Virus record (IMG/VR): IMGVR_UViG_3300045988_086227
Direction: 5' to 3' (one strand)
Origin: a virus
Length of the DNA stretch: 51,105 nucleotides
Shown here piece by piece: positions 14,991 through 24,304 of this stretch (within the stretch, counting starts at the first letter, position 1; every line of letters begins with the position of its first letter). The notes under the pieces were generated by a model that made no database searches, had not been told where the DNA came from, and saw nothing but the letters and a program-made list of their open reading frames with translations. The position numbers and the translations under genes were made by a program.

Positions 14991-16064
14991 ATGAAATTGA
15001 CTGACGTTTTTACCGCAGAAGCGATTGCTGCCAACTGGACGGAGGCTGCGAGCAACAAAGAGGCATATCTTGGGAGCGGCTTCTTTCCGGCGCAGAAGAA
15101 AGCCGGTCTTGACCTGAAATGGCTCAAAGGTCATAAGGGCCTGCCCGTTTCCCTGATGCCTTCCAACTTTGATGCGAAGTCTACCTTCCGTGACCGCGTT
15201 GGTATCTCCATTGCGGAAACCCAGATGCCCTTTTTCCGTGAGAGCATGTTGGTGAAGGAAGCGGATGAGCAGGAAATCATGCGCGTCAAGGATACGAACG
15301 ACCCCTACGCTGCCTCTGTGCTGGAAAACATCTTCGATGACACCCGCACGCTGGTTGACGGCGCGAACGTAGTACCTGAGCGGATGATTATGCAGCTGCT
15401 TTCTCCTGTTGACGGCAGCATGGGAATTGAAGTCGCCGCAAACGGTGTCAACTATTCCTACAACTACGACCCGGACGGTTCGTGGAAGCAGAGCCACTTC
15501 ATGAAAATCGAGACCGAAACGGACATGTGGAACGCAGCCGATACCTGCGACCCTCTGGACGACATCGAAGCGGCGCTGGATGCACAGCAGGCTGCTTCTG
15601 GCAACCGCCCCGAAGTCCTGCTGATGAGCAAGGCGACCTTTAAGTTGATGAAAAACAGCAAGAAGGTACAGAGCGGCGTGCTGGCGCAGAACGTGACTGC
15701 CAACGTTTTCTACACCGATAAGCTGGTGCAGAACTTCGTGGAGGAAGCGCTGAACGTCCGAATTGTCATCTACACCAAGATGTTCAAGAAGGAAGACGGC
15801 ACTGCGCAGGCGTTCTATCCCGACAACATCGTCATGATGTTGCCTAACGGCGCAATCGGCAAGACGTGGTACGGTACTACGCCGGAGGAGCGCACGCTGG
15901 CTGGTTCTGGGCAGGCAAACGTCGCCATCGTCAACACCGGCGTGTCTGTGAGCGTGACGATTACCAGCGATCCGGTCAACACCAAGACCACCGTCTCTGA
16001 AATCGTGCTGCCGTCTTTCGAGCGCATGGACGAATGCTATGCGCTTCAGGTGGTCAGCGAATAA
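14991..16064 (+). CDS. Major capsid protein (lambda gpE / Phage_cap_E-like)
   Basis: 357 aa. The N-terminal block LTDVFTAEAIAANW...YLGSGFFPAQKKAGLDLKWLKG resembles the major capsid protein E family. Canonical position. Confidence 0.85.
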   Translation: MKLTDVFTAEAIAANWTEAASNKEAYLGSGFFPAQKKAGLDLKWLKGHKGLPVSLMPSNFDAKSTFRDRVGISIAETQMPFFRESMLVKEADEQEIMRVKDTNDPYAASVLENIFDDTRTLVDGANVVPERMIMQLLSPVDGSMGIEVAANGVNYSYNYDPDGSWKQSHFMKIETETDMWNAADTCDPLDDIEAALDAQQAASGNRPEVLLMSKATFKLMKNSKKVQSGVLAQNVTANVFYTDKLVQNFVEEALNVRIVIYTKMFKKEDGTAQAFYPDNIVMMLPNGAIGKTWYGTTPEERTLAGSGQANVAIVNTGVSVSVTITSDPVNTKTTVSEIVLPSFERMDECYALQVVSE

Positions 16065-16100
16065 GCAGAGAACGCAACAACATGAAAGGAGGGCGCTGAA

Positions 16101-16370
16101 ATGCTCGTTTTTAACTATGCTGTGAAGTATTGCGGCAAGTATTACCCGGCAAATACTCCCATCGCGGATACCGCCCAGAAGCCCGCCGAGACCGCGCGGG
16201 ATGCCTTTGCTGAAAAGGGCAAGGAAGAACCCAGCCCGAAGCCTGAGACCGCCCAGAAGCCCGCCGAGACCGCGCGGGATGCCTTTGCTGAAAAGGGCAA
16301 GGAAGAACCCAGCCCGAAGCCTGAGACCGCCCAGAAGCCCGCGAGAGCCCGCAAGAAGGGTGATGCGTGA
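16101..16370 (+). CDS. Hypothetical protein containing a perfect 26-aa tandem repeat
   Basis: RBS AAAGGAGGG. ETAQKPAETARDAFAEKGKEEPSPKP occurs twice, followed by a partial third copy. Confidence 0.55.
   Translation: MLVFNYAVKYCGKYYPANTPIADTAQKPAETARDAFAEKGKEEPSPKPETAQKPAETARDAFAEKGKEEPSPKPETAQKPARARKKGDA
16171..16342 (+). repeat. Perfect 78-bp tandem repeat, about 2.2 copies
   Basis: 16171-16248 is identical to 16249-16326, and a third copy matches for 16 nt (16327-16342). Confidence 0.95.
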
Positions 16371-16723
16371 TGAATGCTGACATCCTGCAAGCTGCTGGCA
16401 TCACCGTTCAGGAAGGCGACGCGCTTGCGCTGCTTCAAGCGGAAGCAGCCTTGGATTGGATGCTGGAGCATACAACGCTGGAATTCAGCAAGGATGACGC
16501 GGAAAGCATCAAGGCGCTCCCAGCATGTGCGCGTCTGTTCGTGGTCAAATTCTCCGAAGCATTGAGCCTGCGGGAGGGTGTGGCAAGTCAGAGTATCGAA
16601 GGATTGAGCATGTCATTCAATTCGACAGACAAGGCGACGGTACTATGGCAGCTTGCCCATAGCTTGCTCGGAGGATACTTGAAATCGCAGGTGCGTGTTT
16701 TCCCTGCCAAGAGGCGGTGGTGA
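16370..16723 (+). CDS. Head-tail connector (gp6-like)
   Basis: About 117 aa downstream of the capsid gene. The pattern ALDWMLEHT...LPACARLFVVKF...GVASQSIEGLSMSF resembles Phage_connect_1. Confidence 0.55.
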   Translation: MNADILQAAGITVQEGDALALLQAEAALDWMLEHTTLEFSKDDAESIKALPACARLFVVKFSEALSLREGVASQSIEGLSMSFNSTDKATVLWQLAHSLLGGYLKSQVRVFPAKRRW

Positions 16724-16726
16724 CGC

Positions 16727-17236
16727 ATGGGAATGAAGGTAAACTACAAAACCAAGGGGAATGACTTTCCGAACATGATTAAGCGGCTGAAAGCTATCGA
16801 CGGCACAGCCGTTGATGTTGGCGTTCTGAATGGTGAGCATAAATGGCTTGCATCCATACACGAGTATGGATGCGATATAGCCGTCACTGACAAGATGCGG
16901 GTGTTCTTGCATAGTCAGGGCTTGCACCTCAAAGCCACCACGACGCACATCCATATTCCGGAACGTTCCTTCCTACGCACCGGCTATGACAAGAATGCGG
17001 GAAAGGTAAAACAGAAGATAAACCAGATGCTTGCTGACGTGGCGAGCGGCAAAATGTCTGAGAGCACCCTCTATGAGGCTGCCGGGGTGGAGCTTGCGGG
17101 TGCCATTAAGAACTATGCTGTTGAGCTGAGTGCACCACCTGACCATCCGTTCACAGTGGACAGGAAAGGCAGCAGCAATCCACTCGTTGATAACGGCGAC
17201 ATGATCGGCGGCATCACATGGAGGAAAGCCAAGTGA
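16727..17236 (+). CDS. Head-tail joining / virion morphogenesis protein (HK97 gp10- or Mu G-like)
   Basis: IHEYG...IPERSFLR...PFTVDRKGSSNPLVDNGDM motifs, in a neck-module position. Confidence 0.45.
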   Translation: MGMKVNYKTKGNDFPNMIKRLKAIDGTAVDVGVLNGEHKWLASIHEYGCDIAVTDKMRVFLHSQGLHLKATTTHIHIPERSFLRTGYDKNAGKVKQKINQMLADVASGKMSESTLYEAAGVELAGAIKNYAVELSAPPDHPFTVDRKGSSNPLVDNGDMIGGITWRKAK

Positions 17237-17610
17237 GCAGACAATACTTTGATTTTTCCAGCCTGATTCTGGATTACTCGAACGCATTTACAGTCGTCAC
17301 CTACACGGACGGCGGCTATAATGCTGCTGGTGACTGGGAAGACGGGAAGGAAACACGCACCGAGTATACGGGCGCGATTATCGCCTTCAAGGAAAGCAAA
17401 GTGTTCCGCTCTGAGGGGAAAATCACTGCGCAGGATAAGCGCTTGTTCATGCAGCAGGCGCTTCCTGCAGCGCTCATGGGTGCGGAAGTGGTTTACAAGG
17501 GGCAGAAGTACATGATTGAATCCGAGCTTGAAAATGCCGAATTCACGGGCGTGTACAGCTACTTTCTGCGATATGTCAGTGTCTTCGGGGAGGAAAACGC
17601 TAATGCTTGA
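17233..17610 (+). CDS. Neck/head-closure protein (hypothetical)
   Basis: GTG 17233 overlaps the upstream TGA, with RBS GGAGGA; ATG 17218 is an alternative start. Assigned by position only. Confidence 0.4.
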   Translation: MSRQYFDFSSLILDYSNAFTVVTYTDGGYNAAGDWEDGKETRTEYTGAIIAFKESKVFRSEGKITAQDKRLFMQQALPAALMGAEVVYKGQKYMIESELENAEFTGVYSYFLRYVSVFGEENANA

Positions 17611-18088
17611 CCTGAACAAAATGCGGACAACTGTCGCGCAGGGGCTGAAAGAATACCTCGGCGTACCGGTGATTCGTGGAAATCAGACTGCCAAAGCACC
17701 CGTCTATCCATATGTCACCTATAACCTGACGACACCCGAATCAGCAAACAACGGTACATACCAGCAGCATGAGGACGGAGTTGACCGTCTTATGGTACGC
17801 AGTATTTGGAGCTTGTCTTTCCTATCCAAGGACTTTGACGAGAGCATACTGTTTGCCACCAAAGCGCGGGAGTGGTTGCTACATACTGGGCGCGTATGGC
17901 TTTCTGACAACGGAATCACCGTGCAGAGCGCAACCGACATCACAAACAGGGACAATATTCTGACGGTTGAGTACGAAAGAAAAAATGGATTTGATGTTGT
18001 CTTCTATGTTTATGATGAATCGGAAAACCCGTTGAAAACGACGGGCATCATCGAGAGCGTTGACATCGCTCATAAACTGGATACCTAA
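17603..18088 (+). CDS. Tail terminator / neck protein (DUF3168-like)
   Basis: ATG 17603 follows GGAGGA. Has the ...PVYPYVTYNL... pattern and sits immediately upstream of the sheath gene. Confidence 0.45.
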   Translation: MLDLNKMRTTVAQGLKEYLGVPVIRGNQTAKAPVYPYVTYNLTTPESANNGTYQQHEDGVDRLMVRSIWSLSFLSKDFDESILFATKAREWLLHTGRVWLSDNGITVQSATDITNRDNILTVEYERKNGFDVVFYVYDESENPLKTTGIIESVDIAHKLDT

Positions 18089-18105
18089 ACAAGGAGGAAT
18101 AAATC

Positions 18106-19113
18106 ATGGCTTACGACGTGAAGGTAAACATTGACCTCGCCAAGCCCGTTGGTCAGCTCGGTTTCGGCGTTCCGCTGATCCTTGTTGAGAATGCGGAGAA
18201 AGAGGTAGCGTATACCGAAGTCTCCAACACCGAAGAGATTGTGTCGGCTGGCATCAGCAACACGAGCGTTGCTTATAAGGCTGCGCAGCTCTTATTCTCC
18301 CAGACGAACTCGCCCAAGACGATTGCTGTCTGCGCAGCGACTGCTGCGGCGACTGCTGCTCTTGCAAATACCATGCTGACCGACAAGGGCTGGCGGCAGC
18401 TCATTGTTGTGACGGACGGCGAATCTCCCAGCACTCCTGCCGCAATCAGCACGCTGGTTGAGGCGCTGGATGGCAAGATGTACTTTGCCAATCTGCCCGT
18501 GGACGATAAAACCAGTATCACCGTTTCTGGTCTGCGCCGGACTGTACTGTTCTATTGCACGCCCACGGACGATTACCCCGTCCCTGTCGCAGCACTTGTC
18601 GGCAATACCGCTGGTCTCTCTGCTGGCAGCTTCACCTACAAGAACATGGTTCTCTCCGGAATCAAGCCGCAGGACTTGACGGATTCCGAGATTGAAGCCA
18701 TTCACAAGAAGGGCGGCATCACCTTCGTAACGAAAGCCGGTGACAATGTTACCAGCGAAGGAAAGGTTGCTGGCGGTGAATATATCGACATCATCGACAG
18801 TGAAGACTATATCATCCAGCAGCTTGCCTACAAAACCCAGAAGGTGTTGAACAACACGAAGAAGGTGCCCTATGACAACAACGGCATCGCCTTGCTGGAA
18901 AGCGTGGCAGCGGACGTGTTGCAGGACGCATATAATCAGGGCATGATTGTCACCAACACGGACGGCACTCCCGGCTACACGGTTTCCTACGCCATGCGCG
19001 AAGACACCAAGGCAACCGACCGTGCCAACCGCAAGTACCTCGGCGGCAGCTTCTCTTTTGCGCTGACCGGCGCAATTCATGAGGTCGAAATCACCGGCGA
19101 GATCACTGTTTAA
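18106..19113 (+). CDS. Tail sheath protein (DUF3383-like)
   Basis: 335 aa. The C-terminal pattern GGEYIDIIDSEDYIIQQL...VPYDNNGIALLESVAADVLQ is typical of sheath C-terminal domains. A tube-like gene follows. Confidence 0.65.
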   Translation: MAYDVKVNIDLAKPVGQLGFGVPLILVENAEKEVAYTEVSNTEEIVSAGISNTSVAYKAAQLLFSQTNSPKTIAVCAATAAATAALANTMLTDKGWRQLIVVTDGESPSTPAAISTLVEALDGKMYFANLPVDDKTSITVSGLRRTVLFYCTPTDDYPVPVAALVGNTAGLSAGSFTYKNMVLSGIKPQDLTDSEIEAIHKKGGITFVTKAGDNVTSEGKVAGGEYIDIIDSEDYIIQQLAYKTQKVLNNTKKVPYDNNGIALLESVAADVLQDAYNQGMIVTNTDGTPGYTVSYAMREDTKATDRANRKYLGGSFSFALTGAIHEVEITGEITV

Positions 19114-19127
19114 GGAGGCAAACGAAT

Positions 19128-19526
19128 ATGGCTATCAATGTTACTGTCTATGACGCAAAGGATACGTCCGTCATTGTCAATAACACCTATATTACCGGTC
19201 TTGGTGAAGACATGATCTCCATCGAAAAGGACGAGGATTTTTTCTCCACGTCTGTCGGTGCGCAGGGCGATGTGGTGAAATCTCAGACCAACAATACCCT
19301 TGGTACCGTTACGGTCTATGTGCAGCCCACCAGCCCGCAGAAGCATTTCTTGATGGGGCTGGCAAAGTTGTCCGACCCCTTCCCGCTGTGGTGTGTCAAC
19401 AAGAAACTGGGGGAACGCTCTGGCGGCACGATGGCTTCCCTCAAGTCCTTCCCGGAAATCTCTCGCGGCGCGGAAGCTGAAGACATGGAGTTCGTCTTTC
19501 AGGTGTTCGACCTGACGGTTGAGTAA
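19128..19526 (+). CDS. Tail tube protein (DUF3277-like)
   Basis: 132 aa with the pattern VIVNNTYITGLGEDMISIEKDEDFFSTSVGAQGDVV...VTVYVQPTSPQ. Confidence 0.6.
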   Translation: MAINVTVYDAKDTSVIVNNTYITGLGEDMISIEKDEDFFSTSVGAQGDVVKSQTNNTLGTVTVYVQPTSPQKHFLMGLAKLSDPFPLWCVNKKLGERSGGTMASLKSFPEISRGAEAEDMEFVFQVFDLTVE

Positions 19527-19533
19527 TCTATTC

Positions 19534-19566
19534 AGCCGGGGAGCAAAAACGCTCTCCGGCTTTCAA
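19534..19566 (+). terminator. Rho-independent terminator after the tube gene
   Basis: Stem agccggggagc / gctctccggct (one G-U pair) followed by ttcaataaaa. Confidence 0.55.
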
Positions 19567-19601
19567 TAAAACGACTTAAAAACATGAGGAGGAATATCAA
19601 A

Positions 19602-19916
19602 ATGGCTGACAGCAAGTTTTATCAGGTGAAGAAGACGATTGGCGGCAAGGAGTACATTGCGCAGTTTGGCGGCATCTCTGTCGCACTGAAAGCGGTGGAT
19701 GCTTCCTACATCGAGGGTACGTCTACCACCAGCGTGCAGAAGCTGGCTGAGTACCTTTTCCAGCACGTCATTGTCGAGCCGAAGGGTCTGACCCCTGATG
19801 ACTTCGATACTCTGGACGAGTTCAATGAGGTCGTTTCTTTCGCTCGCGGTGTGATGCAGGGCAGTTTTCGAGCCGAAGCTGACGCAGACGCAGCTAAAGC
19901 AGCGGGCAAAAAGTAA
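19602..19916 (+). CDS. Tail assembly chaperone (XkdN-like), 0-frame product
   Basis: ATG 19602 follows GAGGAGG. Sequence KKTIGGKEYIAQFGGISVALKAVD. Lies between the tube and tape-measure genes. Confidence 0.6.
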   Translation: MADSKFYQVKKTIGGKEYIAQFGGISVALKAVDASYIEGTSTTSVQKLAEYLFQHVIVEPKGLTPDDFDTLDEFNEVVSFARGVMQGSFRAEADADAAKAAGKK

Positions 19917-20073
19917 CTGGAACTTATGGCGGCTGGTTCTGTCTGATCGCGGCTTTGACTTTCAGACGGTGTTTGGTAAGCCCTTCATGTCGCCTAATGA
20001 TGTGATGGAGGCAAACTACGCGCTGGACATGCAGATTGAGGCGGAAAAACGCGCAGCGAAGAAGAAGCGGTGA
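19909..20073 (+). CDS. Chaperone C-terminal extension, reached by a putative +1 (or -2) frameshift at CAAAAAGUAA
   Basis: The +1 frame is open over 19855-20073 and overlaps the 0-frame stop (19914-16). It encodes SNWNLWRLVLSDRGFDFQTVFGKPFMSPNDVMEANYALDMQIEAEKRAAKKKR and has no RBS or start of its own. Confidence 0.4.
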   Translation, partial: KSNWNLWRLVLSDRGFDFQTVFGKPFMSPNDVMEANYALDMQIEAEKRAAKKKR

Positions 20074-20117
20074 GCATGGCTTGCCGCTTCTTCTTACTGC
20101 CCTAAGGGGGGATGATT

Positions 20118-20872
20118 ATGGGAGTTGTGCGCGAAGACGTTGTGAGAATGGGGTTCGACATCGACTTTGCCGAACTCACCAGATTAACAGGCGCACTGGA
20201 TGAAATCAAGACCATTTTGACCGGTGGAATTGGCGGTGATGCTTTCGATGAAATGACAGACGAGAGCAGGCAGGCAGCGAGAGGCATCAACGAAATCAGA
20301 GACAGCGTAAATAGGATTAACCCAGACGGAATTGATGATACTGTCGACAGTTTGAGAGATACCGACCGCGAAGGTGAAGATGCCCATAAGCAGCTCAAAA
20401 AGATAGCCGAGCAAAAATTCAACAAAACTGTTTCCGGTCTGAAATCCATCGGAAAGACACTGGGCAAGGTTGGCGTTGAGGCTGGTAAACTTCTTGCAAA
20501 AGGCATAGCTGCAGGCGCGGCAGGCGCTGGTGCTCTGGTCGCAAAATCCATTACGAATTATGCAGACTATGAGCAGCTTGTCGGCGGCGTTGATACGCTG
20601 TTCAAGGATAGCTCCGGCACGGTGCAGATGTACGCTGATGATGCTTTCAAAACAGCTGGCATGTCTGCAAATGACTACATGGAAACAGTCACGTCTTTCT
20701 CTGCTTCCCTGATTCAATCGCTTGGCGGGAATACGGGAGCGGCGGCTGAATTGGCGAATACGGCAATCATTGATATGTCAGACAACGCCAACAAGATGGG
20801 CACAGATATATCCAGCATTCAGGACGCTTATCAGGGGTTTGCAAAGCAAAACTACACTATGCTCGATAACCT
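20118..20872 (+). CDS. Tape measure protein, exon 1
   Basis: ATG 20118 (or 20112) follows GGGGGG. The ORF ends ...SIQDAYQGFAKQNYTMLDNL and then runs 9 codons into the intervening sequence to TAA 20898-20900. Confidence 0.7.
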
Positions 20873-21076
20873 TAACGCAATGGGGGCGCTCGCCGCATAA
20901 ATGAAGGGCGATGCGCGAATCTTCTCTGATTGACTTGGAACTCCCGGCGGGGACAACAGGGCGCAAGGGTAATGCCAGCGTGAACGACTAAGTGAGAAGA
21001 CACCCGCGAGGGTGAAGCGATAGTCTGAACTGCACCGATAACGCAATCAATGGATGAAAGTGCAGATAACACAGTG
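20873..21076 (+). ncRNA. Putative ORF-less group I intron (204 nt)
   Basis: The 5' exon ends in U and the element ends in G. Hand-found pairings: P2 20886-94/20907-16, P3 20921-26/20994-99, P7 20986-90/21021-25, P8 21001-05/21010-14 (GCGA loop), P9 21030-35/21060-65. Removal restores one continuous tape-measure frame. Confidence 0.55.
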
Positions 21077-24000
21077 CAAATTGGGCTATGGTGGCACGCA
21101 GGAAGAAATGAAGCGGTTGCTGAAAGATGCAGAAGCTATTTCTGGCGTGAAATACGACATTTCTTCCTACGCGGATATTGTCAGTGCAATCCATGTGATT
21201 CAGGAAGAGATGGACATCGCAGGCACTACTGCGAAGGAAGCCAGCGAAACCATCAGCGGTTCATGGTCTTCCTTGAAAGCTGCATGGAGCAACACCTTGA
21301 CCAGCTTGATTCTGGGCGGTGACGATTTTGACCGTTGCCTTGAAAACCTGATTGAATCCGCAAAAACATTCGGCAAGAATATCATGCCTGCGTTGCTGAA
21401 AGCCCTTGAAGGCGTTGGCAAGTTGATTGAGGCTTTTGCTCCAATCATTGAGAAAGAACTGCCGACAATCGTCGAAACGCTTCTTCCTCCGCTGATTAAG
21501 GCGGCTACGGCTCTTGTGAAGGGGCTTATTGTTGCGCTTCCCGGCATCATCAGCACACTCGTCGGAGAATTGCCTTACATCTTGCAGCAGGTCTGGGAAG
21601 GCATTTCCGAGGCGTTCGGTGACATTCCCGGCATTGACAAGGTTGGAAAATTCTTTACCAAGCTCAAAGACCTCATCACAGAGAATACAGCCCTTATCAA
21701 AAAAATCATTCCCGCCGCCCTTGGTCTCGTGCTTGCAATTAAGCTGTTTAACAAAATCAAAGGAATCAGCAGTCTGTTCGGCGGAGGTGGCGGTGCTGGC
21801 GGCGGATTCTTTTCTGGTCTGGCGAAGATGAACCCGAAGACTGCGCTGAAAGGCATCCTGAATCTTGCCATCATCCTTGGCGGTTTGAGCCTTCTTGCCG
21901 CTGCGCTGATGGCTGCCGCGCCTTACATGGCACAGTTATCAGACTTGCAATCCATCGCGAAAGTTCTGCTCGTCATCGGTGCCGTTGGTCTGATCGGAAC
22001 TGCAATGGCAGAGCTGGCTGGTAAAGTTGGCAGTATCCCTGTTGCAACGGTACTGAAAGGCGTTGCAAATATCGCAATTGCCCTCGTCGGGTTTGGTGCA
22101 TTGGCGGCTGTCCTCATGTGGCTTGCCCCGTACATGGCGCAGCTTTCCGATATTGGAACAACGGCGAAGATTCTTCTCATTATTGGCATGACAGCCCTTG
22201 TTGGTGCTGGTCTTGCTGGTCTCGCAGGTCTGATTGGCGCAATCCCTATTACGGCGGTACTGACAGGGCTTGCCAATATTGCACTTGCACTGGGAGGCTT
22301 TGCAGGCATTGCCACGGCATTCGGTGCGCTGTCGAAAGTAGAAGGTTTCACCGAACTGATGAGCAGCGGTGGTCAAGTGATGGCTGACATCTGCCGAATC
22401 GTTGGTGAAATGGCTGGCTCGCTGATTGGCGGCATTGGTGAAGGAATCACTGCTTCGCTTCCAGCCATTGGCGAAAACTTGTCTTCCTTTGCAACTTCGA
22501 TTCAGCCCATGTTTGAAACGTTCAGCGGCGTGGATACAGCAAGCCTGTCCGATTTTGCAACGTCATTCGCAACATTTATTGCCGTAATTGCAGGGGAAAA
22601 AATCGTTGGTCTTATAACAGGTGGAATTGACTATGCGGGTCTTGGCACAAAGCTAAGCAGCATGGCGACGGGGTTGAGTGGATTCTTCACCACTATCATG
22701 ACCCTCCCGGACGGCTGCTTTGAAAAGGCAACAGCACTCTTTAACTGCTTGGCTGGTATCAGTGCTATGCCGAAGGAAGGCGGCATTGTTGGCTGGTTCG
22801 AGGGTGAAGTTGACTATGCGAAGATGGCAACCGGTCTGAACCAACTGGCAGGAACTGCTGGAGCATTTGCTACATTCCAAAGCATCCCCGAAGAAGCCTT
22901 TACCGCTGCAACCAATCTATTTAATTGTCTGAATGGCATCGGTCTGCTTCCTAATAGCGGCGGCGTTGTGCAATGGTTCACGGGCGAGGTGGACTATACA
23001 GGAATTGCAACCGGTCTGAATGCGCTGGCTGGAACAACCGCATTCTTTGCGGCAGTGCAGGCGATTCCAGCAGAGGCATTCACGGCGGCTACGAACCTGT
23101 TCAACTGCCTGTCTGGAATCGGAGCTCTTCCGAATTCTGGCGGCATCATGCAGTGGTTCACCGGTGAAGTGGACTATCAGAGCATTGCAGACGGTGTTGC
23201 GATCCTTGGCGGTGCCAGTATGATGGCAGCACTTACCGCAATCACAGGTATTCCAGCGGAGGCATATACCAGTCTTTCAGCGCTGTTTGACGCGCTGGCA
23301 GGAATCAAGCAAATGCCCGAACAAGGCGGCATCTTCGGCTGGTTCACAGGCGACAGTACAACCGGGCTCACTAATGTTGCGGGGCAACTCCCAGGCGTTG
23401 CGACAAGCATTGCGTCCTTCTTCACTAATCTTGGTGGAATCACTGACTTCACGCCAATCAAGTCGCTGTTCGACACATTGAGCAACATCAAGATTGATTC
23501 CGATGCTGCAAGCAAAGGCTTCCTTGGTCTCGGTTCAAGCCAACTTGAATCAATGGGCGCAGGGCTGTCGAGCTTTGCCACGAATGCGGAAACGTTCTTC
23601 ACGAAGATTAATAATCTAAAACTGTATAAGCTGAAAGGTTTCTTTTCGGAACTGAGTACAGTTGGTGAATTGCCAACTGCACTCTCAACGCTTGACAGCA
23701 CGGTCGGAACGAATTTGAGCAATCTTGTCACGACTGCCGAAACAAGGCTGACGGAGTTGAAAGGGAAATTTTCTGATAAACTGGGCGAAATCGTAACACT
23801 GCTTGAGCTCACGGCAACCGCCATGTACAGCTCAGGCGAGGCAATCATGGATGGCGTGAACAATGGCATGGAATCCAAGCGCAGCACACTGGTTGCAACG
23901 GCTCAGTCTATCGCTCAGGCGATTCAGGATGCATTCGATGTTAAGATGGACATCAGTTCGCCTTCCAAGGAAACGTACAAGTCTGGCGTATTTGTCGGTG

Positions 24001-24302
24001 AAGGCTACAACCTCGGTATGAAAAGCAAGATTCCCGACCTAAAGGCAACTGCTGCGGATTTGGGGTCTGCGTCTATCCCGTACAGCAGCCGTTACAGCCC
24101 AGAATCCGAAGGAAGCACTGTTACAAACAACAGCACGACAAGCAGCGAGTACACGACCATTGCTCCGGCTTTCAACCTGACTATCAGCGGAACACAGGAT
24201 GACAGAGCGACGGCGCGGAGGGTCAAGCAGTGGGTGAACGAGTCCATGCAGGAATTCTTCGCAAGCCTTGACCGAAAAAATACTGTTATGCGGGAGGTGT
24301 AA
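21077..24302 (+). CDS. Tape measure protein, exon 2
   Basis: Reads (L)KLGYGGTQEEMKRLLKDAEAISGVKYDISSY..., then hydrophobic helical repeats and a long C-terminal region. ATG 21054 has no RBS. Confidence 0.75.
22620..23355 (+). repeat. Four diverged ~62-aa (~186-bp) tandem repeats inside the tape measure
   Basis: Units of the form ...GG(I/V)(V/M)(G/Q)WF(E/T)GEVDY..(I/M)A.GL..LAG......IP.EAFTAATNLFNCL.GI..(L/M)P..GG. Similarity is at protein level; the DNA has diverged. Confidence 0.7.
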
Positions 24303-24304
24303 GC

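Noticed and set aside
16171-16342. Tandem repeats here and at 49693..50034 considered as possible CRISPR arrays.
   Set aside because: The units are contiguous with no spacers, lie in-frame inside ORFs, and no cas genes are present. They are coding tandem repeats.
19909-20010. A canonical -1 frameshift for the tail chaperone.
   Set aside because: The -1 frame after the A-run gives only VTGTYGGWFCLIAALTFRRCLVSPSCRLMM-stop, which is Cys-rich and not protein-like. The +1/-2 frame gives a longer, plausible extension.
21054-21076. ATG 21054 as an independent start for a 1082-aa second tape-measure gene, which would mean a naturally split tape measure.
   Set aside because: No Shine-Dalgarno sequence precedes it, although nearly every other gene here has GGAGG-type RBSs. 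The first 8 codons fall inside the structured element, and the conserved MLDNL-KLGYGGT block is restored only by removing 20873-21076. It cannot be excluded without RNA data.
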